From an uncultured virus (IMG/VR IMGVR_UViG_3300042287_000536) (taxonomy: Duplodnaviria > Heunggongvirae > Uroviricota > Caudoviricetes): a stretch of DNA of 64,000 nt. The DNA is taken from IMG/VR virus record IMGVR_UViG_3300042287_000536; one strand, written 5' to 3'. Of the stretch, positions 1-9,585 are shown piece by piece; the first letter of the stretch is position 1; the number at the start of each line of letters is the position of its first letter. The notes beneath the pieces were generated by a model. It saw only the letters and a program-made list of their open reading frames with translations, searched no databases and was not told the DNA's origin. Both the position numbers and the translations under genes were made by a program.

Positions 1-2
1 CT

Positions 3-410
3 GAAGCATCATTGAGATATATGTTTAAAGCTTTAGAAGAAACAGTATATCATGAAACTTATACAGGTGATGCTGACTTGGCAAGATGGTCTAATCAAGG
101 AGTACTTATGTTAAATTGTGCTTTAACAACTACAATTCATAAAACAGGAACTCACTATGAACTTTGGAGACCTTTCTTAACATTCTTATTTGATTTTCTT
201 AGTGTTAATAACCCTAACTTAATCTATGTATTTATGGGTAAGAAAGCTCAAGAATGGGCAGAATCAGTACCGGAGTATTCAGAGAAGATATTTACAAGTC
301 ACCCAGCATCAGCAGCTTACAAGGAATTACTATCTTGGGACTGTAATGATGTATTTAATAAAGTAAATATGCTTACAAAAAAACAATTTAACCAAGAAAT
401 AACATGGTAA
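3..410 (+). CDS. ung: Uracil-DNA glycosylase family 1, 5'-truncated by the window edge
   Basis: Motifs SLRYMFKAL, WSNQGVLMLNCALT, H..LW, VFMGKKAQ, SHPAS, CNDVF..VN...I.W; frame is open from position 3. Confidence 0.9.
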   Translation, partial: EASLRYMFKALEETVYHETYTGDADLARWSNQGVLMLNCALTTTIHKTGTHYELWRPFLTFLFDFLSVNNPNLIYVFMGKKAQEWAESVPEYSEKIFTSHPASAAYKELLSWDCNDVFNKVNMLTKKQFNQEITW

Positions 411-883
411 CAAATGAAATGAAAAAGCTTGAAAAAGAGCAAGAAGAAGATGTAAAAATTTTTTGTGATAACTTTTATTCAAAGTATGGAACACAACCTA
501 AAGTGCTTTATTTAAATAGAAATAACAAACTCAGACCTCTATCCCTACAAGATGTTGAGAAAATTGTTAATTTTGTAATGTATAAGAAGTTTGGTGATGT
601 TTATACAGTAAAACAAAGAGTTAGAGATAGAGATTTAATATGTTACAGACAAGCTATGTTTTATCATCTTCACAATATGGGCTATACTTTAGTAGGTATT
701 AGTAAATATTTTGGATTTAATCATTCAAATGTTTTACATGGTATAAGTAAAATAAAAAACTTTATTGAAATTAAAGAAGAAACAACCTTAACAATACTAA
801 AAGAAATAGAAGATGGCTTTAAAGAAACAGATGAACTTGTTGATATTATTCAACAACATGACAGAGGAGAAACTAACTCCTAA
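404..883 (+). CDS. Protein with DnaA domain IV-like (Bac_DnaA_C) helix-turn-helix
   Basis: RDRDLICYRQAMFYHL...TLVGISKYFGFNHSNVLHGISKI resembles the DnaA C-terminal signature; no AAA domain. Confidence 0.65.
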   Translation: MVTNEMKKLEKEQEEDVKIFCDNFYSKYGTQPKVLYLNRNNKLRPLSLQDVEKIVNFVMYKKFGDVYTVKQRVRDRDLICYRQAMFYHLHNMGYTLVGISKYFGFNHSNVLHGISKIKNFIEIKEETTLTILKEIEDGFKETDELVDIIQQHDRGETNS

Positions 884-1436
884 CCAATTTTACCTACTTT
901 ATTGCATTCATTATAGTATAGCTCCTCCTAATATCAATGTTCATCAAGAACTAAGATTATTAATACAGAATGCCTGGCTTACACAAAATGATAAACTTTA
1001 TCTTTTAGAACCTAAAAGTATGAGTTTAATCAGTAAGATGGAATCTTATTTTGCAGTACAGCTTAAGAAGTCTGATAACTCAATTATGGGTGATGACTTT
1101 GATACTAATGCAGAAAAGTATAATACTTTATTTCCTAGAATGAAACTAGGTAGTAACAAGCCTGCTAGAGCCCCAATCAAAGAGATTATTACTTCTTTTA
1201 GATGGTTCTTTACAGAGCATGATTATGCTTGGGATGTAATATTAGATGCAACTGAGTTATATCTTGAGGCTGAAGAAGCTAAAGGATATAAATACACCAG
1301 AACTTCTAAATATTTCATTAGAAAGCAAGAATCTGATAAGTCATGGTCATCTGATTTAGCTGCTTATTGTGATTTAGTACTTAATGGTGAAGAGTTCAAA
1401 GAACCAATCTTTACTGAAAAAGTATTTGGTAAATAA
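813..1436 (+). CDS. Hypothetical replication-associated protein (possible N-terminal winged helix; initiator or helicase-loader candidate)
   Basis: 207-aa ORF between the DnaA-C-like gene and DnaB; LTPNQFYLLY and a YFIRK C-terminal block; function inferred from context only. Confidence 0.4.
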   Translation: MALKKQMNLLILFNNMTEEKLTPNQFYLLYCIHYSIAPPNINVHQELRLLIQNAWLTQNDKLYLLEPKSMSLISKMESYFAVQLKKSDNSIMGDDFDTNAEKYNTLFPRMKLGSNKPARAPIKEIITSFRWFFTEHDYAWDVILDATELYLEAEEAKGYKYTRTSKYFIRKQESDKSWSSDLAAYCDLVLNGEEFKEPIFTEKVFGK

Positions 1437-1469
1437 TGCAATTGATTATCAAGTACTTGTAAAAAAGTA

Positions 1470-1500
1470 TTTGAAATATTAAAGTTTTTAAGTAAGTTTG
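1470..1500 (+). promoter_or_regulatory. Bacteroidota housekeeping-sigma promoter (-33 TTTG / -7 TAAGTTTG) upstream of dnaB
   Basis: TTTG at 1470-1473, 19-nt spacer, TAAGTTTG at 1493-1500, in the intergenic gap. Confidence 0.75.
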
Positions 1501-1535
1501 CTTAAAGAAAAAAAACCAACAAATAATCAAAATAC

Positions 1536-2525
1536 ATGGCAAAAGTAAAATGGAAGACTCAGAAAGAGGGCTTTGTGGAATCCTTGGCTTATCTACAAGG
1601 CAGAATGCATGGAAAAATTACTAGTATTAAAACTCCTTGGGCTTCTTTTAATGAAGCAACAGTTAATGGTATAGAATGGCATTCTACTACTGTTATTGGA
1701 GCTAGACCAGCTACTGGTAAAACTGTTGTTAAAGATTTATTAGTAAGAGGAGCATTTAAATGTAATCCTTTAATGTCTTTTAGAGTTTTAGAATTTCAGT
1801 TTGAGATGGTAGGTAGAGTATCTGCAATTAGAGCATACTCAGGACATACAGGAAAAAGTTATAAAGAACTATGTAGTGCTGATGAAAGATTAAGTGATGA
1901 AGAATTTGAAGCTTGTAGAGCATTTGCTAAAGAACAAATAAAGTATCCTATTGACATAGTAGATGAACCCTGTAACATATTAGAGTTTAAAGAAATCATT
2001 GAAGAATACATGCTTCAACATTCTAGTTTAGACAAAGATGGTAAAAGAATTTATACAAATACTATAATTACATTAGATCACTCTATTTTACTAAAGAGAG
2101 CTCCTTTTGAAAAAGATGTTTATGACACTCTATATTCATTAGGAGAAATGGTAACAACTCTTAAGAGAAGATACCCAATTGCTTTTATAATAGTTAGTCA
2201 ACTTAATAGAAATATTGACAGCCCTGAGAGAAATGAAGATGGAAAGTATGGTAACTTTATTTTAGAATCTGATTTATTTGGAGCAGATGCTTTGCTTCAA
2301 CATGCAGATACATTAATAGGCCTTAATAGACCAGGTAAACAAAAAATTATTTATTATGGTGTAGAAAGATATATTATAAATTCAGATAAATCAATACTAG
2401 CTATGCATTTTCTTAAGTCAAGAAATGGTGAAACAGGCATAGCTTTCTTTAAAACTGAGTATAAAAAAATGAGTATTGTAGAAATACCAACACCTCCACA
2501 ACAAGTAAGAAAAGTAAGAATATGA
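1536..2525 (+). CDS. dnaB: DnaB-like SF4 replicative helicase (C-terminal RecA-like domain only)
   Basis: Walker A GARPATGKT, FEM, ITLDH, SQLNR, SDLFGADALLQHAD, KSRNG. Confidence 0.92.
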   Translation: MAKVKWKTQKEGFVESLAYLQGRMHGKITSIKTPWASFNEATVNGIEWHSTTVIGARPATGKTVVKDLLVRGAFKCNPLMSFRVLEFQFEMVGRVSAIRAYSGHTGKSYKELCSADERLSDEEFEACRAFAKEQIKYPIDIVDEPCNILEFKEIIEEYMLQHSSLDKDGKRIYTNTIITLDHSILLKRAPFEKDVYDTLYSLGEMVTTLKRRYPIAFIIVSQLNRNIDSPERNEDGKYGNFILESDLFGADALLQHADTLIGLNRPGKQKIIYYGVERYIINSDKSILAMHFLKSRNGETGIAFFKTEYKKMSIVEIPTPPQQVRKVRI

Positions 2526-3097
2526 TAATAACCTATGGATTAGACAAAAAAGAGAATCTTAAATTAATTAAAGATTTTCATAGTAAAGCAATGTTGGAAA
2601 ATGGTGATGCTGATAGTATCATTATACCAAAAATGGCCTATAGGCCTACAGGAAAGACTGAAGTACATATCAGTTTTTTTCACAGTGAAATTAGTAGAGG
2701 ACAAGATCTTTTTATTGAGTTCACAAATAGAGACAATGTTCCAGAAGATATAGAGAGAGCTTTATATTTATGGAGATTCAACCCTCACTTTGATGAGGAG
2801 TATGAAAAAACAGAACCAGCTGCAGTAACAGGACACATAAGATATCTTGTACCTGTAGATGAATTAAAATTAATTAAGAAATATAGTATTTCTGAACCTA
2901 CTGTAGAAGCCCCTATTGCTCCTCCAGTTAAAACAAAAAAGATAGAGACAAAGACTATTGAAACTGACTTTGACTTGCCAGATTTAAGCTTAGATCCTCC
3001 TATTAATGAGATGACTATGCTAGATCTTGCAGCAATATTATTGAACAAACCAGTTAGTAAAAAAGAATGGCTTAATAACATAATAAAAAATAAATAA
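2522..3097 (+). CDS. Hypothetical phage protein
   Basis: 191-aa ORF coupled by ATGA/TAATG overlaps to both neighbours. Confidence 0.6.
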   Translation: MIITYGLDKKENLKLIKDFHSKAMLENGDADSIIIPKMAYRPTGKTEVHISFFHSEISRGQDLFIEFTNRDNVPEDIERALYLWRFNPHFDEEYEKTEPAAVTGHIRYLVPVDELKLIKKYSISEPTVEAPIAPPVKTKKIETKTIETDFDLPDLSLDPPINEMTMLDLAAILLNKPVSKKEWLNNIIKNK

Positions 3098-3726
3098 TGG
3101 AAAATAATGAAGTAATCAAAACAGAAGCAGACTTAAGTAAGTTTCTGACTACCTTAATTGACTCAAAGAAGTTACCTTCTCATATTAAAACTGTAGAAGA
3201 AGCTTTTACTATTGCTCAAATGGGTAAAGAATTAGGCTTTCCAACAATGCAAGCATTTCACTATATCATACCTATTCAAGGTAGATTAAGTTTAAGTGCT
3301 AAAGCAATTGGTGCATTACTAAGAAGAGGTAATATAAAGTTTTATACTAAAGAAGATGGTGTATATGTTTATCCTGATGGATCTACAGATATTATATCAC
3401 CAAAACCTGATGGTACTAAGCCAAGTGATAGAAGAACTACAATTGTTTTTACTAGAGATGGTATGAATGAAACATGTTCATTTACATGGAAAGATGCTAC
3501 TCTTCAAGGTTTAACTAGTAAGGATAACTGGACAAGAATGCCAAGAGAAATGCTTTATGCTAGATGTCTTGCTAAAGGTGCTAATAGAATTGGTGCTGAT
3601 ATGTTACTAGGTTTGTATACTGCAGAAGAACTTGCTGATACTTTCTTAAAAGAAGAACAAGTTAAAAGAAATGATGATGGTACAATCTCAGAAGTAGTAG
3701 ATACAAATTATACAGAAGTTAAATAA
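3097..3726 (+). CDS. RecT/Redbeta-like single-strand annealing protein
   Basis: GKELGFPTMQAFHYI..IQGRLSLSA, NW.RMPREML.ARCL....RIGAD.LLGLYTAEEL pattern. Confidence 0.7.
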   Translation: MENNEVIKTEADLSKFLTTLIDSKKLPSHIKTVEEAFTIAQMGKELGFPTMQAFHYIIPIQGRLSLSAKAIGALLRRGNIKFYTKEDGVYVYPDGSTDIISPKPDGTKPSDRRTTIVFTRDGMNETCSFTWKDATLQGLTSKDNWTRMPREMLYARCLAKGANRIGADMLLGLYTAEELADTFLKEEQVKRNDDGTISEVVDTNYTEVK

Positions 3727-3754
3727 TAACATAATAACATAAAAAATAAATAAC

Positions 3755-4465
3755 ATGAGCGGAAAATTAAGTACAAAAGACATCAAAGTTGGTGGAGAAG
3801 GAGTTGCTAAAACATTAGAACCAGGATCTCAAAAATGTAAAATTAACAATGTAGCCCTTGAGGATTTTAAATACAAGGAAGGTGCATATAATGTTTTATT
3901 AAGTTTAGAAAGTGAATCAATGGGTGATGCATTTGAAGGCTTCTTTATTAACAAAGACAAGCCTGAATTAGGTAGACATGCTGGAAAAGTAGGTACAGTT
4001 AAATTAACTGAATGGGCTTTTGCTGATGGTGAAACTAAATCTGGTATTGCTGTAAGCAGAGATAAAGAATTATTAAAAGCTCTTAAACAATTGTGTATTA
4101 GCTTAGGTTGTGATTCTTGGTTAGATAAGCAAGACAATAAACATGATACAGTTGAATCATTGTTTAAAGCTTTTGGTACAGACAAGCCTTACAAAGACAC
4201 TTTATTTAATTTCTGTATTGCAGGTAAAGAATATCAAAACAAAGCTGGATATAACAGCTATGATTTGTATTTACCAAAATATAGCAAAGATGGTGTACCT
4301 GTTGAATCTTTAACTGCTGAACCAAGTAAACTTATAAAGTTTGCAGAAGGTACTCACATTAAAAGAAAAGCAGTTACAGCTGTTAGTGAATTTGGAGATG
4401 CTACTGATACATTAGATGCATCAGGTGGTCTTATCACAAATTCAGGAGCAGACTTTGATCTTTAA
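3755..4465 (+). CDS. Putative single-stranded DNA-binding protein
   Basis: Lies between recombinase and primase; acidic flexible tail ending ADFDL, typical of phage SSBs. Confidence 0.5.
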   Translation: MSGKLSTKDIKVGGEGVAKTLEPGSQKCKINNVALEDFKYKEGAYNVLLSLESESMGDAFEGFFINKDKPELGRHAGKVGTVKLTEWAFADGETKSGIAVSRDKELLKALKQLCISLGCDSWLDKQDNKHDTVESLFKAFGTDKPYKDTLFNFCIAGKEYQNKAGYNSYDLYLPKYSKDGVPVESLTAEPSKLIKFAEGTHIKRKAVTAVSEFGDATDTLDASGGLITNSGADFDL

Positions 4466-4472
4466 TATTAAC

Positions 4473-4498
4473 AAGGGGAGCTAATAACTCCCCTTTTA
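4473..4498 (+). terminator. Intrinsic terminator
   Basis: AAGGGGAG-ctaataa-CTCCCCTT hairpin followed by a short T run, just after the SSB-like gene. Confidence 0.75.
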
Positions 4499-4508
4499 TA
4501 CTAAAACT

Positions 4509-5495
4509 ATGTTAAGAATAAAATCATTGATTACAAGTATAAGTGAGGTTCCTAGAGAATGGGTCTATGAACATTATTTAAACTTAACAGAAAAGCTGAG
4601 TGGACAAGACATAAAGATTAAATCAGTATTTAATCCTAATGACAAAACTCCTTCAATGTATGTATATTATTCAAAGAACACAACTTATAGATATAAAGAC
4701 TTTTCTACTGGTAAAACAGGAGATGCTTTAGATCTAATACAGCAGATGTTTAGCTTAAGTACTCGTGGAGAGACTGCTTATAAAATAATTGAAGATTACA
4801 ATACTTATACTCTTACTAATAAGGAAGATTATAGTATAAGAGAATTTAAAAGACAAACTAAATTCAAAGTAACAAACTTTGCTACAAGAACCTGGACTAA
4901 CCTAGATAGTAAATTCTGGGGTAAATTTCATATAGGCTCTAAACTTTTAGAGTTTTATAATGTAATGCCTCTAGCAGAATATAAACTTTCAAAAGAAGAA
5001 GAAGGTGAAATAAAGGAACTTACTATTAAAGGTAGTAATATATATGGTTACTTTAGAAAAGATGGTTTGTTGTATAAAATTTATCATCCCTATACAAAGG
5101 ATCATAAATTTATTAAGATAAAAGATTATACTCAAGGCTCAGACCAATTAACTATGGAATTACCATATCTAGTTATCTGTAGTTCATTGAAAGATATAAT
5201 GGCTTTTACTAAACTTGGATATAAAAATGCTGAGGCAATAGCCCCGGATAGTGAAAATGTTTTGATACCAGAACATGCTATCACAGCATATAAGCATAAA
5301 TATAAAGGTATCTGTACTTTATTTGACAATGATAATGCAGGAAAGGAATCTATGAAGAAGTATAAAGATAAGTATGGTATACCATATGTTATTCTTGATA
5401 TGTCAAAAGATTTATCTGACTCTGTAAGAGATCATGGCATTCATAAAGTTAAAGACCAGTTAACCCCTTTATTAAAAGAAAAGTTAAATGGATGA
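4509..5495 (+). CDS. dnaG: DnaG-like primase, crAss-type
   Basis: Degenerate zinc-binding domain SVFNPNDKTPS..YKDFSTG..GD; TOPRIM LVICSSLKD and LFDND.AG; KDLSD. Confidence 0.85.
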   Translation: MLRIKSLITSISEVPREWVYEHYLNLTEKLSGQDIKIKSVFNPNDKTPSMYVYYSKNTTYRYKDFSTGKTGDALDLIQQMFSLSTRGETAYKIIEDYNTYTLTNKEDYSIREFKRQTKFKVTNFATRTWTNLDSKFWGKFHIGSKLLEFYNVMPLAEYKLSKEEEGEIKELTIKGSNIYGYFRKDGLLYKIYHPYTKDHKFIKIKDYTQGSDQLTMELPYLVICSSLKDIMAFTKLGYKNAEAIAPDSENVLIPEHAITAYKHKYKGICTLFDNDNAGKESMKKYKDKYGIPYVILDMSKDLSDSVRDHGIHKVKDQLTPLLKEKLNG

Positions 5496-5625
5496 GTTTC
5501 AAGATTGGTTAATGACATTAGAACAACAGGACTTAACCAATGAACTTAAAATGGAAATACTTTCAAAGCTAGATAGACTTATTGATAAAGAATTAATAAT
5601 AATGTTAAAAAACTTAAAAGCATGA
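5488..5625 (+). CDS. Small 45-aa hypothetical protein (not in the ORF track)
   Basis: MDEFQDWLMTLEQQDLTNELKMEILSKLDRLIDKELIIMLKNLKA; fills the gap exactly, overlapping the primase stop and the next ATG (ATGA). Confidence 0.65.
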   Translation: MDEFQDWLMTLEQQDLTNELKMEILSKLDRLIDKELIIMLKNLKA

Positions 5626-6044
5626 GTTGGATATATAAAGGAAGAGTATTTGAAGATAGTGACATTCCAGAAAATGGAATAGGTTTCATATACCAAATGT
5701 CTGTTATACTTGATGGTAAATCTTATACTTACATAGGTAAGAAGAACTTCTTTTCTAATACTAAAACCAAACTTGCTAAGAAAGCTATCTCTACAGACAA
5801 GAGACTCAAAAAATACAAAGTAGTAACCAAATCTGCTTACCAAAATTACTATAGTAGTAATGATGTACTTAAAAAAGCACATAAAGATGGTATGCTTATT
5901 CAAAGAACTATCCTTAAGATATGCTTTAGTAAAACTGAATTAACTTATCAAGAAGTTAAACATCAGTTTGAACTAGGTGTATTAGAAAATGATATGTACT
6001 TGAATGGCAACATATTAGGCAGATTTTATAAACAAAAGAAATAA
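5622..6044 (+). CDS. Short GIY-YIG (Seg-like) endonuclease-family protein
   Basis: GFIYQM...YIGKKNF, YYSS, E..Q, N.NI motifs. Confidence 0.7.
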   Translation: MSWIYKGRVFEDSDIPENGIGFIYQMSVILDGKSYTYIGKKNFFSNTKTKLAKKAISTDKRLKKYKVVTKSAYQNYYSSNDVLKKAHKDGMLIQRTILKICFSKTELTYQEVKHQFELGVLENDMYLNGNILGRFYKQKK

Positions 6045-6397
6045 TGGCAACAGGATTAGAATTGATGCTAAGATTAAGGGATCTTGGTATTGTAAGTGTA
6101 TATGCAGAATTTTCTGGTGGAGGTGACAGTGGAGCTATTGATGATATGAATTACCATTTATCAGATTCTACAATTAGTAATCTTTTTGCTGATGTTAATA
6201 AAGAACTTGATAGTGATGTAAATGATTATTGCTATACTTTACTTGATAATGGAAACATAGAAGACTGGTATAATAATGATGGTGGAAATGGTACTTTAAG
6301 TATAGATACTAAAACTGGTGAATATAGTATTGAAGTTAATATTGAATATAGGAGTTATACTACTTATAATCATGAAGGTAATATAATTGAAGATTAA
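6044..6397 (+). CDS. Acidic hypothetical protein (DUF6878-like)
   Basis: FSGGGDSGAI and DWYNNDGGNG motifs. Confidence 0.55.
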   Translation: MATGLELMLRLRDLGIVSVYAEFSGGGDSGAIDDMNYHLSDSTISNLFADVNKELDSDVNDYCYTLLDNGNIEDWYNNDGGNGTLSIDTKTGEYSIEVNIEYRSYTTYNHEGNIIED

Positions 6398-6744
6398 TGG
6401 CACATCCATATGATCACAGCCGCTCATCTGCTAAAAAGTGGGGAGGGGAACCTGAAGAGTATTTACAATATCATGAATGGTTTGATGAAACTAAAAAATG
6501 GGTAGGTCACTCTTATCACAGAATGTTTAGACATCACTCAGAAGGTATCTTTCAATTAGAAGAAATCTTTGGAAAGTTTATGATTAACTCTATAGGAAAA
6601 AGAGTATACATAAGATACATTGGAGAACAACATGTCAAAGAAGACTGTAACAATCACATACCTTCAGCTAAAGAATGGCTGGATAATATATCAAACAAAA
6701 CAACACCTTTATGGATGATCAAAACACTAAAAATAGAAGACTAA
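6397..6744 (+). CDS. His-rich hypothetical protein (DUF6915-like)
   Basis: MAHPYDHSRSSAKKWGG, HEWFD, HRMFRHH.EG, GEQHVKED. Confidence 0.65.
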   Translation: MAHPYDHSRSSAKKWGGEPEEYLQYHEWFDETKKWVGHSYHRMFRHHSEGIFQLEEIFGKFMINSIGKRVYIRYIGEQHVKEDCNNHIPSAKEWLDNISNKTTPLWMIKTLKIED

Positions 6745-7166
6745 AAGAAAAATTAGTTATTGATTCTGAATCATATGATAATTTATCACAAATGTTAGAT
6801 AGTACAGAAGAAGATCAAGTAGTTGCACTAGAGTGTATAAAGAATGTAGACCAAAAAAAATCATTAATATATACTTTATTCTTAAGAAAGAATAATTTAA
6901 AAACTTTTGGATTATGGCATGAACACTGTTCTAAAGTATTAAAGTATCATGCATCTTTAGGTATTTCTAAAGATTCTAATGCTGTTAGTTATAATGATAT
7001 AATGAAAATCATGAAAGAACAAGATAATAAAGAAGAAAATGTAAAAGTTTTCATGAAAGAGTTTGCTAGATTTCTTAAAGATAGCATGTCTACTACTCAT
7101 TTTGAATTTATTGATGATATACAAATTGAAATAACCTTAAAGAAACAAGATGAAAAACAAAAGTGA
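6711..7166 (+). CDS. Hypothetical protein, paralogue 1 of the MoxR-cluster shared-motif family
   Basis: LVIDSESYDNLSQMLDS..EDQVVALECIKNVD...SLIY motif shared with the 9586 and 10058 ORFs; start uncertain. Confidence 0.6.
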   Translation: MDDQNTKNRRLKEKLVIDSESYDNLSQMLDSTEEDQVVALECIKNVDQKKSLIYTLFLRKNNLKTFGLWHEHCSKVLKYHASLGISKDSNAVSYNDIMKIMKEQDNKEENVKVFMKEFARFLKDSMSTTHFEFIDDIQIEITLKKQDEKQK

Positions 7167-8364
7167 AGAACTAGCTAAGGCTAGTAAAGATTTGATGTTA
7201 AAGGAGGCCTTTTATGGTCTCTTTCTTATTATGCTTAATAAGCAATGGAGTACAAAAGTACCTACAGCTGGTGTAAGCAGACTAGGAATTAACTATCAAT
7301 TATATCTCAATGAAGAATTCTGGGATAAGTTAACTCCTGATCAAAGGATAGGATTATTAAAGCATGAGATTTTACATATTGCTTTCTTTCATATCACAGA
7401 TTATGATCACTTAAGTGATAAAATGATAGCTAATATTGCTATGGATATTGAAATTAATCAATATATTGATAGTATCTTCTTACCACCTGGGCCACAACTT
7501 CCTGAAGTATATCCAGAATTAAACTTAGAACCTAAGAAAGGTACTAAGTATTATTATGATAAGTTAATGGAGGCTAAAGAGAATCCAGGTACATGTCCTA
7601 ATTTGGATAAGATGATTGAATGTAATGAAAAAGGAGAAGGAGGAATCACTGTATCTATTAATGGGCAAGGAGAAGTTGAAGTTAAATTACCTGATCATGG
7701 AACATGGGAAGAGTTTGACAATTTAGATGAAGCAACTAAGAAGTTGATTAAAACACAGACTGAGCATATACTGAAAGAAGTTGTAGATCAAGTAACAAAA
7801 TCAAGAGGAAAGATCCCTGGTGAAATGGCTGAAATCATTGATAAAATTTCTAAACTTAATCCTCCAAAGTTTAATTGGAGAGCTTATGTAAGAAGATTTG
7901 TTGGTGGATCCATTAAGACATTTACTAAGATGTCAAGACAAAAGCCTAATTTTAGATTTATTGAAAATCCAGGATTAAAGCACAAAGAGAAAAGACATAT
8001 TTTAGTAGCTGTAGATACATCAGGTTCAGTAAGTACAAATGAACTTATAGAATTTTTGCATGAAATACATCACATTAGTAGATCTGGTACAGAAGTTACT
8101 CTTGTACAATGTGATACAGCAATTTCCCATATTGGTAAATTTGATCCTAAGAAGGATTTTGAAATTCATGGCAGAGGTGGTACTAATTTTCATCCAGTAA
8201 CAGATTACTATGATGCAAACAAAAAGAAATATAACTGCTTGATCTATCTTACTGATGGAGAAGCACCTGCACCAGAAAAGTGTAGAGGTCCTGTATTATG
8301 GGTTATATCATCTCAGTCTCAGCTTAATTCAGACTTAAAAGGTCTACAAATTAAATTAAATTAA
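7150..8364 (+). CDS. Metallopeptidase-like N-domain plus C-terminal vWA domain (DUF2201 type)
   Basis: LKHEILH (HExxH), NIAMDIEINQ; MIDAS VDTSGS, GRGGTNF, YLTDG. Confidence 0.88.
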   Translation: MKNKSEELAKASKDLMLKEAFYGLFLIMLNKQWSTKVPTAGVSRLGINYQLYLNEEFWDKLTPDQRIGLLKHEILHIAFFHITDYDHLSDKMIANIAMDIEINQYIDSIFLPPGPQLPEVYPELNLEPKKGTKYYYDKLMEAKENPGTCPNLDKMIECNEKGEGGITVSINGQGEVEVKLPDHGTWEEFDNLDEATKKLIKTQTEHILKEVVDQVTKSRGKIPGEMAEIIDKISKLNPPKFNWRAYVRRFVGGSIKTFTKMSRQKPNFRFIENPGLKHKEKRHILVAVDTSGSVSTNELIEFLHEIHHISRSGTEVTLVQCDTAISHIGKFDPKKDFEIHGRGGTNFHPVTDYYDANKKKYNCLIYLTDGEAPAPEKCRGPVLWVISSQSQLNSDLKGLQIKLN

Positions 8365-8382
8365 TATTCAAAATAAAAATAT

Positions 8383-9570
8383 ATGTCAACAACAAGTAAT
8401 AAAATTAGCTTAAACTCAGAAGAATTAAAATCATTCTTAACTTATATTTATAACAATAACAAAGTATTATCTGAAAAAGGTTTAGCTGTACAAGCAGTAA
8501 ACATTGAAGGTGAAGCTGGTGGTGGTAAGACTTCTACTATTTTACAATTAGCTAATGAACTAGGAATGGAATTAGTTAGAAAGAATTTAGCAGAGTTAGA
8601 AGATGTATCTGATCTAGTAGGATATCCATGTAAAGAACATGAAATGATAGCTAAAGATGGTACTAACCGCTGGGTAGTTGAAGGAGCAATTCCTCAATAT
8701 ATTACTGCAGGTCTTAAACCATCAGGAAAAATTAGAATGACTCATGCTTCTCCAGAATGGATTAATGGTAGAGAACAACCAATGATCTTATTATTAGATG
8801 ATTATTCTAGAGCAAGTGAAAAGTTTATTCAAGCTACTATGACTTTATTAGAAACTCAATGTTATAATAACTGGTGTTTACCTGTAGGATCTATGATCAT
8901 CTTAACTTCTAATCCTGATAATGGAAACTATTCTGTATCAGCAATGGATGGTGCTCAAAAGACTCGTGTAATTAATGTAAACTATAAGTTTGATGTTAAT
9001 GTATGGGCTAGATATGCAGAGAAAACTGGTATTGATTCAAGATGTATCAACTTCTTATTATTACACCCGGAGTTAATGGATGCTGAAGATATCAATGCAA
9101 GAACTGTAACTATGTTCTTTAACTCTTTAATGTCTATTGATAATTTTGCAGATCAATTACCATTGATTCAACAATTAGGTGAAGCTACTACTAATCCAAC
9201 TTTTAGTACTTTCTTTACTACATTTATTAATAATAAATTAGATAAGTTAGTTACTCCTAAAGACATGTTATTACACCAAAATGAAGCTTATATTATTGGT
9301 GAATTAAACAGTTGTATTGGTGTAGGTAATGATTATAGAGCTGATATTGCAAGTGTATTAGTAACAAGGTTAATTAACTTTACTTGTAACTATGCAGAAG
9401 GTAACACAATTACCCAGGCAGTTACAGAAAGATTAACTAAGTTTTGTACTGGTGAAGTATTTACTAATGACTTGAAATACATCATTGTAAGGAGAGTAAT
9501 CACTAGCAATAAAGCTAAATTTCAGAAATTAATGCTTAATGCAGAAGTTGTCAAAATGGCAATGAAGTAA
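8383..9570 (+). CDS. MoxR-like AAA+ ATPase
   Basis: Walker A GEAGGGKT, DLVGYP, Walker B LLLDD, ILTSNP, MDGAQKTR; adjacent to a vWA gene. Confidence 0.88.
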   Translation: MSTTSNKISLNSEELKSFLTYIYNNNKVLSEKGLAVQAVNIEGEAGGGKTSTILQLANELGMELVRKNLAELEDVSDLVGYPCKEHEMIAKDGTNRWVVEGAIPQYITAGLKPSGKIRMTHASPEWINGREQPMILLLDDYSRASEKFIQATMTLLETQCYNNWCLPVGSMIILTSNPDNGNYSVSAMDGAQKTRVINVNYKFDVNVWARYAEKTGIDSRCINFLLLHPELMDAEDINARTVTMFFNSLMSIDNFADQLPLIQQLGEATTNPTFSTFFTTFINNKLDKLVTPKDMLLHQNEAYIIGELNSCIGVGNDYRADIASVLVTRLINFTCNYAEGNTITQAVTERLTKFCTGEVFTNDLKYIIVRRVITSNKAKFQKLMLNAEVVKMAMK

Positions 9571-9585
9571 TCCAAATAAAAATAT

